64,000 nt of DNA. It comes from Octopus sinensis (lineage: Eukaryota). The position numbers and the translations under genes are program-made. Location: assembly GCF_006345805.1 (NCBI RefSeq), contig NC_043012.1, positions 23,312,001 through 23,376,000 of the forward strand. The letters are read 5' to 3'. Shown one piece after another: positions 30,074 to 43,591 of this stretch (position 1 is its first letter; each line of letters starts with the position of its first letter). The notes under the pieces are model-generated. The model saw only the letters and a list, made by a program, of their open reading frames with translations. It was not told the origin of the DNA and searched no databases.

Positions 30074-30074
<1 letters not shown>
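29714..30074. repeat. Long fold-back: 143-bp inverted arms with a 75-bp spacer
   Basis: Arms 29714-29856 and 29932-30074, with 4 mismatches counted by eye. Confidence 0.95.
29863..29907 (+). ncRNA. Type I hammerhead ribozyme motif (minimal, GUA cleavage site)
   Basis: CACACG-CUGAUGA-AAGGU-AAAC-ACCUU-GAA-AC-UCGG-GU-A-CGUGUG: 6-bp helix I, 5-bp helix II, short helix III, complete core. Confidence 0.85.
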
Positions 30075-30109
<35 letters not shown>

Positions 30110-30318
30110 CACACACACACGTGACTGTATGATTGTTCCAATAATTTTTAAGTGATATAATAACTAGGTCCATCACAGAAATATTTTAATCAAGCAAACT
30201 AGTTATGTCTTTAATATATATGTGTATATGTAGATATATGTGTGTGTGTGCATATGTGTATACATGTATATATATCAACATTTAATGTCCTCCATCTATA
30301 AACACATATACATATGTA

Positions 30319-30366
<48 letters not shown>

Positions 30367-30769
30367 TATGAACATACATATGTACATATGTATGTATATG
30401 TGTGTATACATACATATATGCATAAATATTTATATATATATATACATATATGTATATGCATATATATATAAGGCTTATTTATAAGCTCTAAGAATACATT
30501 TGGCAGAGACAGAAACAGATAAAAGAAAAGAAAAATGTTCTAATTTAATATATTTGAAGTAGTTTGAAATTAGCAGGAAATTGCCAGATAATTTCCCTGA
30601 AGTGCCAGCCGTAACGAGAATCCCTATCCACATCATATTTTAAAAGTTATTCATTCAATTAGTTACATGTTTGTTTGTACTTCTGTGTGCATGTCTCAGT
30701 CATTACAATACCACAAAACAAAACAACTTACTACTACTACTACTACTACTAGTATTTACAGATGCATGC

Positions 30770-30824
<55 letters not shown>

Positions 30825-30829
30825 CACAC

Positions 30830-30887
<58 letters not shown>

Positions 30888-30891
<4 letters not shown>

Positions 30892-31095
30892 AATCCAAAC
30901 ATGAAAACACAAAGAGAAAACACAACAGCGTGGAGACGTGGAACAAGTGTAGTTTTATTGGATGTTCAGGAAAGGAAAGAAAGAAGGACGATTTAACGTT
31001 TCGAGCGGAGCTCTTCGTCAGAAACATAGGAAATGGAAAGATCTAAGGAAGGGAAGACGGAGGAAAAAAAATCCCCAATGGTACACATGCGGTCA
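30888..31095 (-). mobile_element. Penelope-like non-autonomous repeat containing a minimal HHR at 30992-31024
   Basis: Minus strand GUUU-CUGACGA-A-GAGC-UCC-GCUC-GAAACGU-U-AAAU; (TA)n/(CA)n flanks. Confidence 0.65.
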
Positions 31096-31111
31096 CACAC
31101 GCACACACAGA

Positions 31112-31155
<44 letters not shown>

Positions 31156-31256
31156 CCACTGTGCCATGCACTTATATATATGTATATATATATATATATA
31201 TTATATATATATATTATATATATATATAATTATATATATATATTATATATATATAT

Positions 31257-31557
31257 AAGTGCATGGCACAGTGGTTAGAGTGTCAGGCTTACAATTGTGA
31301 GGTTGTGTGTTCAATTCCCGGATTAGGCTGTGTGTTGTGTTCTTGAGCAAGAAACTTTATTTCATGTTACTCCAGTTCCCTCAGCTGTAGAAATGAATTG
31401 CAAGGTCACTAGTGCCAAGTTGTGTCAGCCATTGCCTTTCCTTTGGATAACATCCGGAGGCTGCTATGCATAGATGACTTGCCCTGACATGCCTAAGAGG
31501 GGGAGCTTTCTTATGTGTAATCCCATGGTCATTCATGACCAAGGAAGGTCTTTACCC
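31257..31557 (+). mobile_element. SINE family C, decayed
   Basis: gcatggcacagtggttagagtgtcaggcttacaattgtgagg head; 3' end caatcccatggtcattcatgacc-like. Confidence 0.75.
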
Positions 31558-31582
31558 TTTATATATATATATATATATATAT

Positions 31583-31966
31583 AAATAAAGCAAATAAGTA
31601 ACAAGGATGTCCAGGTATCAGTGCATTACAGCTGTTTCAAGCAGCTCCATTTAATCAATCAAAGCAAACATTACATCAGTTTAGAACCTATAGGATACTC
31701 CATTATAACTTTATTCACCCAAGTTCGAGCTGTGCGGACAATAACGGACTGACTTGGTGCCTCAACTTAAGTACCTAATTCAACAGAATCTTAATTATTT
31801 ATCTATGGAAAATAGATGCTAGATGTTGTTGATAGTGATGATATATAGATGCATAAGTTACTTTTTATTAAGAAGTTACCTCCTCAGTCACATAGCTTGG
31901 GGTTTAGTCTCAGGCCAAACTAAGCCTTGTGAGTGGATTTAGTAGATAGAAACTAAAAGAAGCCTG

Positions 31967-32017
<51 letters not shown>

Positions 32018-32719
32018 ACTGCTTCCTTGCCCTAGCTTCACATGATAGCCATAAACAATTGTCCCTGTCAGACAAGCAGTGTCATTCATTTCCAATAGTC
32101 CATGAGAACATGTCTGGCCATGGGGAAATATTACCTTGCTTGGAAAGAGGTGAGGGTTGGTGACAGTAAAGGCATTCTTCAAAAGGAACTCTGCCTCAAT
32201 AAATTTTGTGCAACATAAGCAAGAATGGAACAGAGGAAGTTAAAAGAATAACAATGTTGGTACCCGTATTAATATATATGTATGTGTTTATGTACATTAT
32301 ATATATATATATATATAATATATATATATATACACAAATAAAGCAAATAAGTAACAAGGATGTCCAGGTATCAGTGCATTACAGCTGTTTCAAGCAGCTC
32401 CATTTAATCAATCAAAGCAAACATTACATCAGTTTAGAACCTATAGGATACTCCATTATAACTTTATTCACCCAAGTTTGAGCTGTGCGGACAATAACGG
32501 ACTGACTTGGTGCCTCAACTTAAGTACCTAATTCAACAGAATCTTAATTATTTATCTATGGAAAATAGATGCTAGATGTTGTTGATAGTGATGATATATA
32601 GGTGCATAAGTTACTTTTTATTAAGAAGTTACCTCCTCAGTCACATGGCTTGGGGTTTAGTCTCAGGCCAAACTAAGCCTTGTGAGTGGATTTAGTAGAT
32701 AGAAACTAAAAGAAGCCTG

Positions 32720-32766
<47 letters not shown>

Positions 32767-33063
32767 ACTGCTTCCTTGCCCTAGCTTCACATGATAGCCA
32801 TAAACAATTGTCCCTGTCAGACAAGCAGTGTCATTCATTTCCAATAGTCCATGAGAACATGTCTGGCCATGGGGAAATATTACCTTGCTTGGAAAGAGGT
32901 GAGGGTTGGTGACAGTAAAGGCATTCTTCAAAAGGAACTCTGCCTCAATAAATTTTGTGCAACATAAGCAAGAATGGAACAGAGGAAGTTAAAAGAATAA
33001 CAATGTTGGTACCCGTATTAATATATATGTATGTGTTTATGTACATTATATATATATATATAT

Positions 33064-33065
<2 letters not shown>
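31583..33065. repeat. Tandem duplication, unit about 750-753 bp, two copies
   Basis: caaataagtaacaaggatgtcc at 31591 and 32344; a few SNPs; junctions fall in (TA)n. Confidence 0.92.
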
Positions 33066-33096
<31 letters not shown>

Positions 33097-35532
33097 TGAG
33101 GAGCAAGGGAGAAAGATAAACAGAGAGGGAATGATAAAGTTATATATATATATATATGTATAAAACAGATGTTTTGGCAAGTGTATTATGAGTTGAGAAA
33201 TAAATATAGCTTATGTGTGGGGCATATGATTTCAGTTAATCAAATGCCAATTGTTTCATTGAATATAATTAAATACAATATATTTTGCAGTTAATATAAA
33301 TCTTAAAACATATGCATACGTGTGTGTGTGTGTGTGTGTATGCGTGTGAGCATGTTTCTGAGCACATATTCCAGCATACATGCATTCATACATAGACTCA
33401 TAAATTAGCTGGATTTAATAATATTAGGAATGTGCAAAATATAAATTTTTATTAAAATTTCGGATTCACAGCAAATTTATTCTGTGTCTTATTCTAAGTA
33501 GTTCCAAGAAATGTCAAATAACAAAATGAATATATATAAAATAAAAAAAATTAAAAAGCAACATTAACAAAAATTTTTAAATAAGGAAACCAAAAACCAT
33601 ATTGACAAATCAACATAATTTTAAAAATGTTTTTTTTTTCTCTCAATGTAATAATTCATCTGACATGAAATAGGTTTAACCAAAAATGTCACCCAGTTAT
33701 TTATATAATATCTTCCTACACCTGTTAAATGATAAACAATGACTGTTTTTAATTTCATTATGTAAATTAGTGACTATTTAGATATCTATTTCAGCTGCAG
33801 CGAAATTATTACAATCTATTTATTTTTTTTGTTTTGTTTTGTCTTTTGCATTTTTTTTCTCCAATGGGACATTTCGGAACGAAAGAGAAAGAGACAGAAA
33901 CACATGGCTATCAGAAATTATTCTGACGTTTGAAAATAAATACCTCTGAGAATTCAATATGTATCAAATTTGTTGTTTGTCTATGATGGTTAAAAATTCA
34001 ATTTATTGTTTAATTAACAAATATCAGATAAATTTTTCGAGAGACATAAAGTCCTTCAATCTAAATTAATTCAAACAATAGGCATAAGTATGGCAATGCA
34101 GTTAAGAAGATTGTTTTCAAACCACTTACTTTCAGGTTCAATCCTGCAGTTTGGCATCTTGAGTAAGCGCCTTCTGCTATGGTCCTGAACTGGCCAACGC
34201 TTTGAGAGTAGATTTGGTAGATGAAAACTAAAAGCCTATCTATCTCTCTCTCTATCTATCTGTCTGTCTGTCTCTCTGTATGTATGTATGTATGTATGTA
34301 TGTATGTATGTCTGTATGCATGCATGTATGTATGTGTGTGTCTCTTTGTGTATGCATGCATTCCTGTAAGTGTGTGTGTGTGTGTGTGTGTGTGTGACTT
34401 CATTTTAGTAGCCATGAATGCAGGAAAGGAAGAAGAAAAAGAGAGAGGCATTTGGATGTGATGGCTTGCATCATAAACTTATGCTGCATAACATACATCC
34501 AACAGACTTAATGGACATTTCACACCATTTATTAAATAGAAGTTGAATTATACTTCTTTTTTTGTTATTCTTTCTGTAACATAAAATTCCTTTTTTTAAA
34601 TCCCCATATTAAAAAAAAACAAAACAAATATTTTAGTGTGTGTGTGTATTTGTGTGTGTGTGTGTAAGGGTCTATGGTTTGTCAAATGTTTAATTGTTTG
34701 CTCAGAGAGCGATGCTTAGATACTAATCGTATTCAACAGACATGCCTGGAATTTAAATTTATTTTATCAATTTACTATTTTTATACAAAGATTTTTTTCT
34801 TACATCATAACATACCAGCATCACACGTGTACATGTCGTTCAGCCTAAGTTAACCTTGATTGATCAGAGCTACAATGAAAGGCATTCCATCCATGACCAG
34901 ACCATTTTTTGAACACTACATAGGCTTTAGATTATCTAATGTGTAATTCCTTTATCTAAGACTACTGGATGTGATTTGACAGAAATTTGGTTGCTATTTC
35001 TAGCAGGTTGTGAAAGCATGTACAGAATAATTCACTGGTTCATGTAGAAGAGCCTGTTTCATTTGAAAATAAAATCTATTTTATCTTTTTCTTGCATCAG
35101 TCATTGGGCTATGGTCATGCTGGAGCAATGATTTGAAGAACTTAGTGAAGGAAATTGACCACAGAACTTATTTTTTAAAAATTTGGTACTTATTTGATTA
35201 ATCTGGTTTGCAGAACCACTAAGTTATGAGGATGTAAACAAACCAACATAAATTGTTAGCTAATGTGGCTGGGGGACAAAAACAAACACACACACACACA
35301 CCTAAAAAGGCTTCCACAGTTACTCCCTAGTAAATTCACTCACAAGACATTGGCTGGACCAGGGCCATAAAAGAAAACCCTTGCCCAGGGTGTTACACTG
35401 TGGGACTAAGCCCTTGCGGCTTTAAGTTCTGTCCCACTTGGTGGCAGCTAGAGCAAGTGTCTTCTACTAAAGCTCGGGGCAGATAAATATCTTGTGAGAG
35501 GAATTGTTAAACAAAAACTAAAGAAGCCCATC

Positions 35533-35576
<44 letters not shown>

Positions 35577-35659
35577 ATGGTTGTTGTTTTGTTAAACTGT
35601 ATGTTCAAATTTGGCCAAATGTGCTTTTTCTCAATATTTATTTTTGCTTGCAATAGCCG

Positions 35660-37302
35660 GTTCTTTTGGTCAAACTATTGTGGGCTGTACAGGCCCTTCA
35701 CAGAGAGGCTTTTAGTAAGGTTAGGATCAGCAATGAGTATAGTGAAGAATTCTGGGTAGAAGTAGGTGTTCACCAAGGATCAGCCCTCAGCCCCCTCTTA
35801 TTCATAATAGTCCTCCAGGCAATAACAGAGGAATTCAAGACAGGTTGCCCCTGGGAATTCCTCAATGCTGATGATCTGGCCTTCATAGCAGAATCACTAC
35901 CAGAACTAGAGAAGAAACTTCAAGTAAGGAAGCAAGGTTTAGAATCGAAGGGCCTTAGAGTCAGTGTAGCACAGACCAAAGTTCTAGTAACTAGGAAGGC
36001 AAACTCATCACACACCCCTTGAGGTAGTAGCCCTACTCGATCTGTAGAAATGGTGTAGGTAGAAACTCCATAAGATGTACCCAGTGTAAGCTATGGACAC
36101 ATAAGAGGTGCAGCAATATCAAAGGAAGATTAACCGAGAAGATAACTTTCTTGTGTAGCAGATGCACAGGGGCAATAAACACCACAGGTCCTCAGAAAAC
36201 AGATTCTATCACATTCCAGGGGGAGAAACTAGAAGTAGTTGATAGCTTCCGTTACCTAGGTGACCAAGTTAGTAGTGGGGGTGGATGCTCTGAGAGTGTT
36301 ACCACTAGAATAAGAATAGCCTGGGCAAAGTTTAGAAAGCTTCTACCCCTACTGGCGACAAAGGGTCTCTCACTCAAAGTGAAAGGTAGATTGCACGACT
36401 CATGTGTGTGAACTGCCATGCTTCACAGCAGTGAAACATGGGCCATGACTGCGGAGGACATGCATAGGCTTAAAAGAAATGAAGCTAGCATGATCTGCTG
36501 GATGTGTAGTGTCAGTGTGCATGCACAACAGAGTGTAAGGGCCCTGAGAGAAATGTTGGACATAAGAAGCATTGGATGTGGTGTGCAAGAGGGACGTTTG
36601 CACTGGTATGGTCATGTACTACAGATGGATGAGGAGAGCTGTGTGAAGAAATGCCACTCCCAAACAGTTGAAGGAATCTGGGGTAGAGGTAGATGCAGGA
36701 AGACATGGGATGAGGTGGTGAAGCATGACCTTTGAATGTTGGGCCTCACAGAGGCAATGACAAAAGACCAAGACCTCTGGAGATATGCTGTGACTACGAA
36801 GACCCAGCAAATAAAGTGAGTCCACGGCTGTATCCTACACCAGTTTCGCATAACCAACCCATTCAAAAGTACCTTGGATCGTGGGCAACCTGCTGTGCTT
36901 GAGGAGACCTATTGAGTTAAGTACATCAATATCAAAACGAAGATCAAATGGAAATTGTAGTTGTGATACCTGTGCTGGTGGCACGTAAAAAGCACCATGC
37001 AAACGTGGCCGATGCCAGCACTGCCTTGACTGGCTTACATGCTGGCGGCATGTAAAAAGCACCAACCAATCATGGCCATTGCCAACCTCCTCTGGTCCCT
37101 ATGCCCGTGGCATGTAAAAAGCAGCCACTACACTCACGGAGTGGTTGGTGTTAGGAAGGGCATTCAGCTGTAGAAATACTGCCAGATCAGACTGGAGCTT
37201 GGTGCAGCCTCCTGACTTCCCAGAGCCCTGTTGAACCGTCCGACTCATGCTAGCATGGAAAACGGACGTTGAACGATGATGATGATGATGATGATGATGA
37301 TG
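35660..37302 (+). mobile_element. 5'-truncated RTE-clade LINE: decayed RT C-terminal half, 3' UTR and (GAT)n tail
   Basis: GVHQGSALSPLLF, NADD (YADD-like), FRYLGD, RLHWYGHV, GRGRCRKTW; in-frame stops and a frameshift; terminal stop at 36817-36819. Confidence 0.93.
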
Positions 37303-37982
37303 CAGTACAACAGTTTATCATTTTTCAAAAGTGTAGTAAGTCCCACATCCGACAGTTTTGCAAAAAATATAACTGACTAAAAATGTCATACATGCATGGA
37401 ATTACAATTTTATGCACCCAACAAAATATTGTTGTTTAGCTGAAGCTGTTGCTAATTTTAAAAGAAATGGAATGGTGAAAATATTTTTTTGTTTTCTGAA
37501 AAAGCAACTTCTTGGACTTACAACACTTTTGCATAATAGCAACGACACACACAAACACACACACACACACAGAGTTTGAGTGAGTTTATAATTCTCTTCT
37601 GTTTCCTAATCTGTAAACAATGGGCTTCTTGCTGGTGGCATTGGCTTGTAGACTACCAAAAAAGAATATTCAAGTCTTGTGGCATGTCTTGGCATGTTCC
37701 AAAATCCTTCTGTACAAACAACTCATTAAAATGGTGTCAGTTACTTCAGTTACCGACAGAAAACATATCCAAGGTGTTTGAGGTTTGACACCGATTCCTC
37801 GATTGCTTCCTCACTTGGAAACAGGGGTGGAAGAGTGGCAACAGGAAAGGCAACCAGCTTTAAAAAAACTAAAAGATTCTGTTGCAATATATTCTTGTCT
37901 GAGGTCGACTTTGCCTTTCATCTTTTTGGGGGTTGATTAAATAAGTACCAGTTATGCATTGGGGTCAATGTAATTGACTTAA

Positions 37983-38200
37983 CACTTTAGAGGCATTATT
38001 CTGCCAAAATTAATCCTTTTTCATCCACATTGTTTTGAATTAATCATGCATTATCTTGTAGCTATGAGATTTTGATGAGGTAGCTGTTAATTTTTAAAAC
38101 GATATTGTAGGGTTGGTGTAAGAGACCTGATCTGGCCAGTTTGAACATAAAACAGGCAGAATACTTTTGGCCGGATATGGCCGGTTTAAATGCTAAAGCG
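37983..38200 (-). mobile_element. piggyBac-like MITE inserted at a TTAA inside a family B SINE
   Basis: TTAA at 37979-37982 and 38201-38204; SINE B sequence resumes on both sides; reverse complement of 20110-20330. Confidence 0.85.
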
Positions 38201-38454
38201 TTAATTCCTTTGTCTGTCCTTGTTTGTCCCCTCTATGTTTAGCCCCCTGTTGGGCAATGAAGAAATAAATATACCCATGTCTGACCCATGCAAGCATGGA
38301 AGTGTAGACATTAAAACAACAATACTGATGATGATGATGTTGATTATATACACAAACAAGTGTGTATGAGAATGCATGCATGTGTGCACGCACATGCACA
38401 CGCACACACACACAGGGCCAATTGGATAACATTTCCTAGGTCTTTTATACTAGG

Positions 38455-38619
38455 AAAGTGGCTGTGTGGTAAGTAGCTTGCTAACTAACCACATGGTTCC
38501 GGGTTCAGTCCCACTGCGTGGCATCTTGGGCAAGTGTCTTCTGCTATAGCCCCGGGCCGACCAATGCCTTGTGAGTGGATTTGGTAGACGGAAACTGAAA
38601 GAAGCCTGTCGTATATATG

Positions 38620-38650
<31 letters not shown>

Positions 38651-38865
38651 CTGTGTTTGTGTGTCTGTGTTTGTCCCCCTAGCATTGCTTGACAACTGAT
38701 GCTGGTGTGTTTATGTCCCCGTCACTTAGCAGTTCAGCAAAAGAGACCGATAGAATAAGTACTGGGCTTACAAAAAGAATAAGTCCCGGGGTCAAGTTGC
38801 TCGATTAAAAGGCGGTGCTCCAGCATGGCCGCAGTCAAATGACTGAAACAAGTAAAAGAGTAAAG
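38455..38865 (+). mobile_element. SINE family A, near full length
   Basis: High identity to 1130-1513. Confidence 0.88.
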
Positions 38866-39570
38866 AGAGTATGTAGGCAAATGAGGTGATAAAGCTGTGT
38901 TTGTGTTGGATATGCAATTGAGAGTGAGAAAGGGAGAGAAGGAGAAAGCTAGAGAGAATGAAAGGGATAAAGAAGAGAAGAAAGAAAGAAAGAAAGAAGG
39001 AGCCAATGTAGGTCATTAACTGCCCATTCTAAACCATATTGTCTGTCTGTTGATGATTCCTTACCTTTTAATTATCATTTTATGACTTCTTGCTGTTTCT
39101 TTTTTGTTTGTTGTTTGTGAATTCTGAGACAAAATGACTGAGGATGGCCAAGGGAGTGAAGCATAATGATGATGCTGCAGAAGGTGGTGGAGTGGTGGTG
39201 GTGGTGGTGGTGGTGTATGGCAATTGAAATGTTCAGGTAAGGGGCCATTGGTGGGGTGTAATGCATGATTAGCAAAGTCAAGTTGTAGGTAACATCTCAT
39301 TTCTGACCAAGGGTGAACGGACAGGTTCTAATATAAGGCATTCATTTTGTGTTCATTGTATTTTTCCACCACCCCCCATAAAACCTACTACTACTATAAC
39401 ACATACCACCACCAAAACCATCACCACCACCACCACCACTACTACTACTACTACAGCTGTTGTTAGATCTGACAAGAGTTTTTTTTCATGACTGTCATCA
39501 TCATACACTTGCAATAATTGTTAGAACCATTGCCTATCTTCAATGTTACTAGAATTCACACCTTTGTAAC

Positions 39571-39620
<50 letters not shown>

Positions 39621-39937
39621 GCATCACTTCCTCTCAGAGGTCTTTTAACAAACAGTTAAGTTAGTTGCAACTGAATGATAACAAAAGAAAACAAAAAAAA
39701 AACTGCAAATGCCATCTTCACAGCATTTAGTCCTCATAATCTGTATATTGACAACACTATCTCTACATTATTATAATCATGATATCACATTATGTCATTA
39801 TAGATTATTATTATTATTATCGTCATCATCATCATATCATCACTCCACACACACACACACACACATATATATGTAAAGAGAGATGTTATCTTAGCAACAT
39901 GACTTGACTCTATCTCCATTATATATATATATGTGTG

Positions 39938-40034
<97 letters not shown>

Positions 40035-40386
40035 AAAATGAGATATGAACATACTGATCACAGTAACAAATGAATAGCCGCAAGACTACTTACTATATAC
40101 GATGGCTACAACAACAACAGCAATAACCAACAAGAATCATAAGATGAGGCTATGAATGAAACGACAACAACAACAACAAAAGGGAGATAAGAACAGTTAA
40201 AAAGCAAGATCCTATCAGCTGGACAGGGTATCGGTTGATTATGTAATGCTGCGATAAAGCGTAGAAGTGATAAAGAAGCTTAAGAAGATACAAAGTTTGC
40301 ATGTATATGCATGCACACACACACACACGTTAATACATACATACACATATCTATACATATATGTGTATATATATATATAATATATA

Positions 40387-40469
<83 letters not shown>

Positions 40470-42089
40470 AATGCCAGCCTAGAAAGTGAATGTTAAAGGA
40501 TGACAATAAATACACACACACATTCATACATATATACACATAAATAATGGAAGTTGTTTATCACTATCGGAGATAAACAGGATCTAATGTGTGTATGTTT
40601 GTGTCTGTGTATAGTGTGTATGTATATATATATATATATATGGTATATAATATACATCTATAATGTGCCTGTATATGTGGTGTGTGTTTGTACAGTTTTC
40701 TATTGACATGCAAGTCTTCTGAAGAAGATTAACAATAAAATCATTTGTATCATTAGTATCGATAAAATCATTCTTCCAGCATCATGTAGATGTAGACATG
40801 GCTGTGTGTTTAAGCCTTTTTTCTTCACAAGCACATGGCCCTGAGTTCAGTCCCACTGCATGGCACCTTGAGAGCAGGTGTCTTTTACTGTAGTCTCAGC
40901 CAATATCTTGTGAATGAAACAGATATTAACAAAATTAATCCTTTTTCATCCACATTGTTTTGAATTAATCATGCATTATCTTGTAGCTATGAGATTTTGA
41001 TGAGGTAGCTGTTAATTTTTAAAATGATATTGTAGGGTTGGTGTAAGAGACCAGATCTGGCCAGTTTGAACATAAAACAGGCAGAATATTCTTGGCCGGA
41101 TATGGCCGGTTTAAATGCTAAAGGGTTAATTCCTTTGTCTGTCCTTGTTTATCCCCTCTATGTTTATCCCCCTGTTGGGCAATGAAGAAATAAATATACC
41201 CTTGTCTGACCCATGCAAGCACAGAAGTGTAGGCATTAAAACAACGATACTGATGATGATGATGTTGATTATATACACAAACTGAACAAAAGTTTCATGT
41301 CATCATCATCATCATCATAACCATCACCATCATTTAATATACATTCCTCCATGTTGGCATGGGCTGAAGAGGAGCCAGAGATGCAGAGGGGGCGTGCTGA
41401 GTTCCTGTGCCAGCTTTGGTGCAATTTCCATGGTCGGATGCACTTCCGAATGCCGACTGCATTACAGAGTGTCCAGAGTGCTTTTATCATGACACCAGTA
41501 TAAATGGAGTTGATTGAGTAGCAAGATGGAAAAAAGAACAGGTGAAAATGGAAAGGTGGGTGGGTGAAGGTGGAGGTTGTTGAAAAGTATGGAAGGATAA
41601 AGGGACAAGCACAAGTGTCTTGCTATAGAGGAAATACATGGCTAAGCCCACAGTATATAGGGGGAAATAGAAGTAACTAAGAAGGAGGAAGCAAAGGAAG
41701 ACCAAGGAAAAATGTGAACAGAAATGGATCATGGTTGGGGAGAAGAGAATGGATACTTTCAGAAGATTGTGAAGGAATATGTATATGTGTGTGTGTGTGT
41801 GTGTATGAATGTGTTTATTTGTACAGAAGTCTGTCTGTGTGTTACAGATGCTTTACATATGTTATTTAAATGACTGTATCTGTAAAGACAGTCTGTGTTT
41901 ACTTGTCTCAACTTAGCGATGAAAAGAGATTTCAGAAATAAGTGCTGTACTCAATGTGTTCGACCAAAGCCGTTTAAGGAGTGCTGCAGCATGGTCACAA
42001 TCCAACAACTGAAATAAGTAAAACGGAACAAGAGTATGGAGACGAAATACTGCAAAATTCTTTTCTCTCCTAACCTCTCTCTATCTATC

Positions 42090-42161
<72 letters not shown>

Positions 42162-42351
42162 TAAATATATGTTTGTATGTATATGTATACATACTATATG
42201 CACACTCTCACATATACATATATATACAGGCAAACATTTATATACATATATACATGTACATACATGTAGATATATATAAACATATATATATACACACACA
42301 CACATATATATATATACATACTTATATACACACACATATACATACTTATAT

Positions 42352-42384
<33 letters not shown>

Positions 42385-43434
42385 CACACACACACATATA
42401 TATATATATACATACTTATATACACACACATATACATACTTATATACACACACATACACACACACACATATATATATATATATACACACATATACATACA
42501 AATATATAAATACACAAAACATATACGCACATACATATACACACACACCACAATCATATCTGTATACATGTATGCATATATATATATATATATGCACATT
42601 CATACACAAGCTTTCTCCCCACCCCCACTCTCTCTCTCTCTCTCCCTCACACAGTATACATACCTTCCAAATGTTTCAGAATCTGACAATATCCGTGATT
42701 ATCATATACGGAGTTGTTGTCTGAGTTGTTGGAGAGGCGGTACTCACAGAAGCTAATCACCATAACAATACAAGCTGAAGACTACCAGAAATTTATTGAA
42801 AAAATGCATATTCTTTAGATTTCCAGTGACAAGAATACATGATATAGTGACATTCCGAAATCAGAATGACAATCAGGGCTGGCAAGAAGGAAGAAAATAG
42901 CAGCTGGGAGTAGGCTACCCTATGTTTGTGCACTCTCAACTTCAAAATCCCAGAGTTGGTGGGGAAGAAAAAAGTTTCATCTCTCTTCTATTGCATTTTT
43001 TTTTTTTTTCCCCTTCTCTGTACTTTGACCAGTTTGGTCTGTAATTAGGTGAGCATAATATATGACACCTCCAAAGCAGCAGCTTTCCTCTCCACAACCT
43101 GGGGCAGAAAGCAAATAACAGTTATGTAACTCCGCCACCTTCACCACCACCACCACTATTTCTTGTAAAACTTCTAGGGAAGACAAAAACTTCCGCCACC
43201 ACCACCACCACCACCACCAACATCAAGCACCAGCACCACTGCCTAGTCTCCTCAAACGTGTACACATAGCCAAACATCCTGCTACCACTTCTAAGAATCT
43301 ATGGATTTTTATGGTAGGATAAATTTCATAAGAATAGCAGGCTAATAATTCCATTTTGTTGGGGTTTTTTTTTTTGTTTCATGATATAAAATTGTTTTGA
43401 AAAAAAAAATAAACAGACAAATAAACTACAAAAT

Positions 43435-43591
<157 letters not shown>

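Noticed and set aside
40138-40175. aagatgaggctatgaatgaaacgac, HHR-like spacing
   Set aside because: Core lacks CUG, helix II does not pair and there is no NUH site
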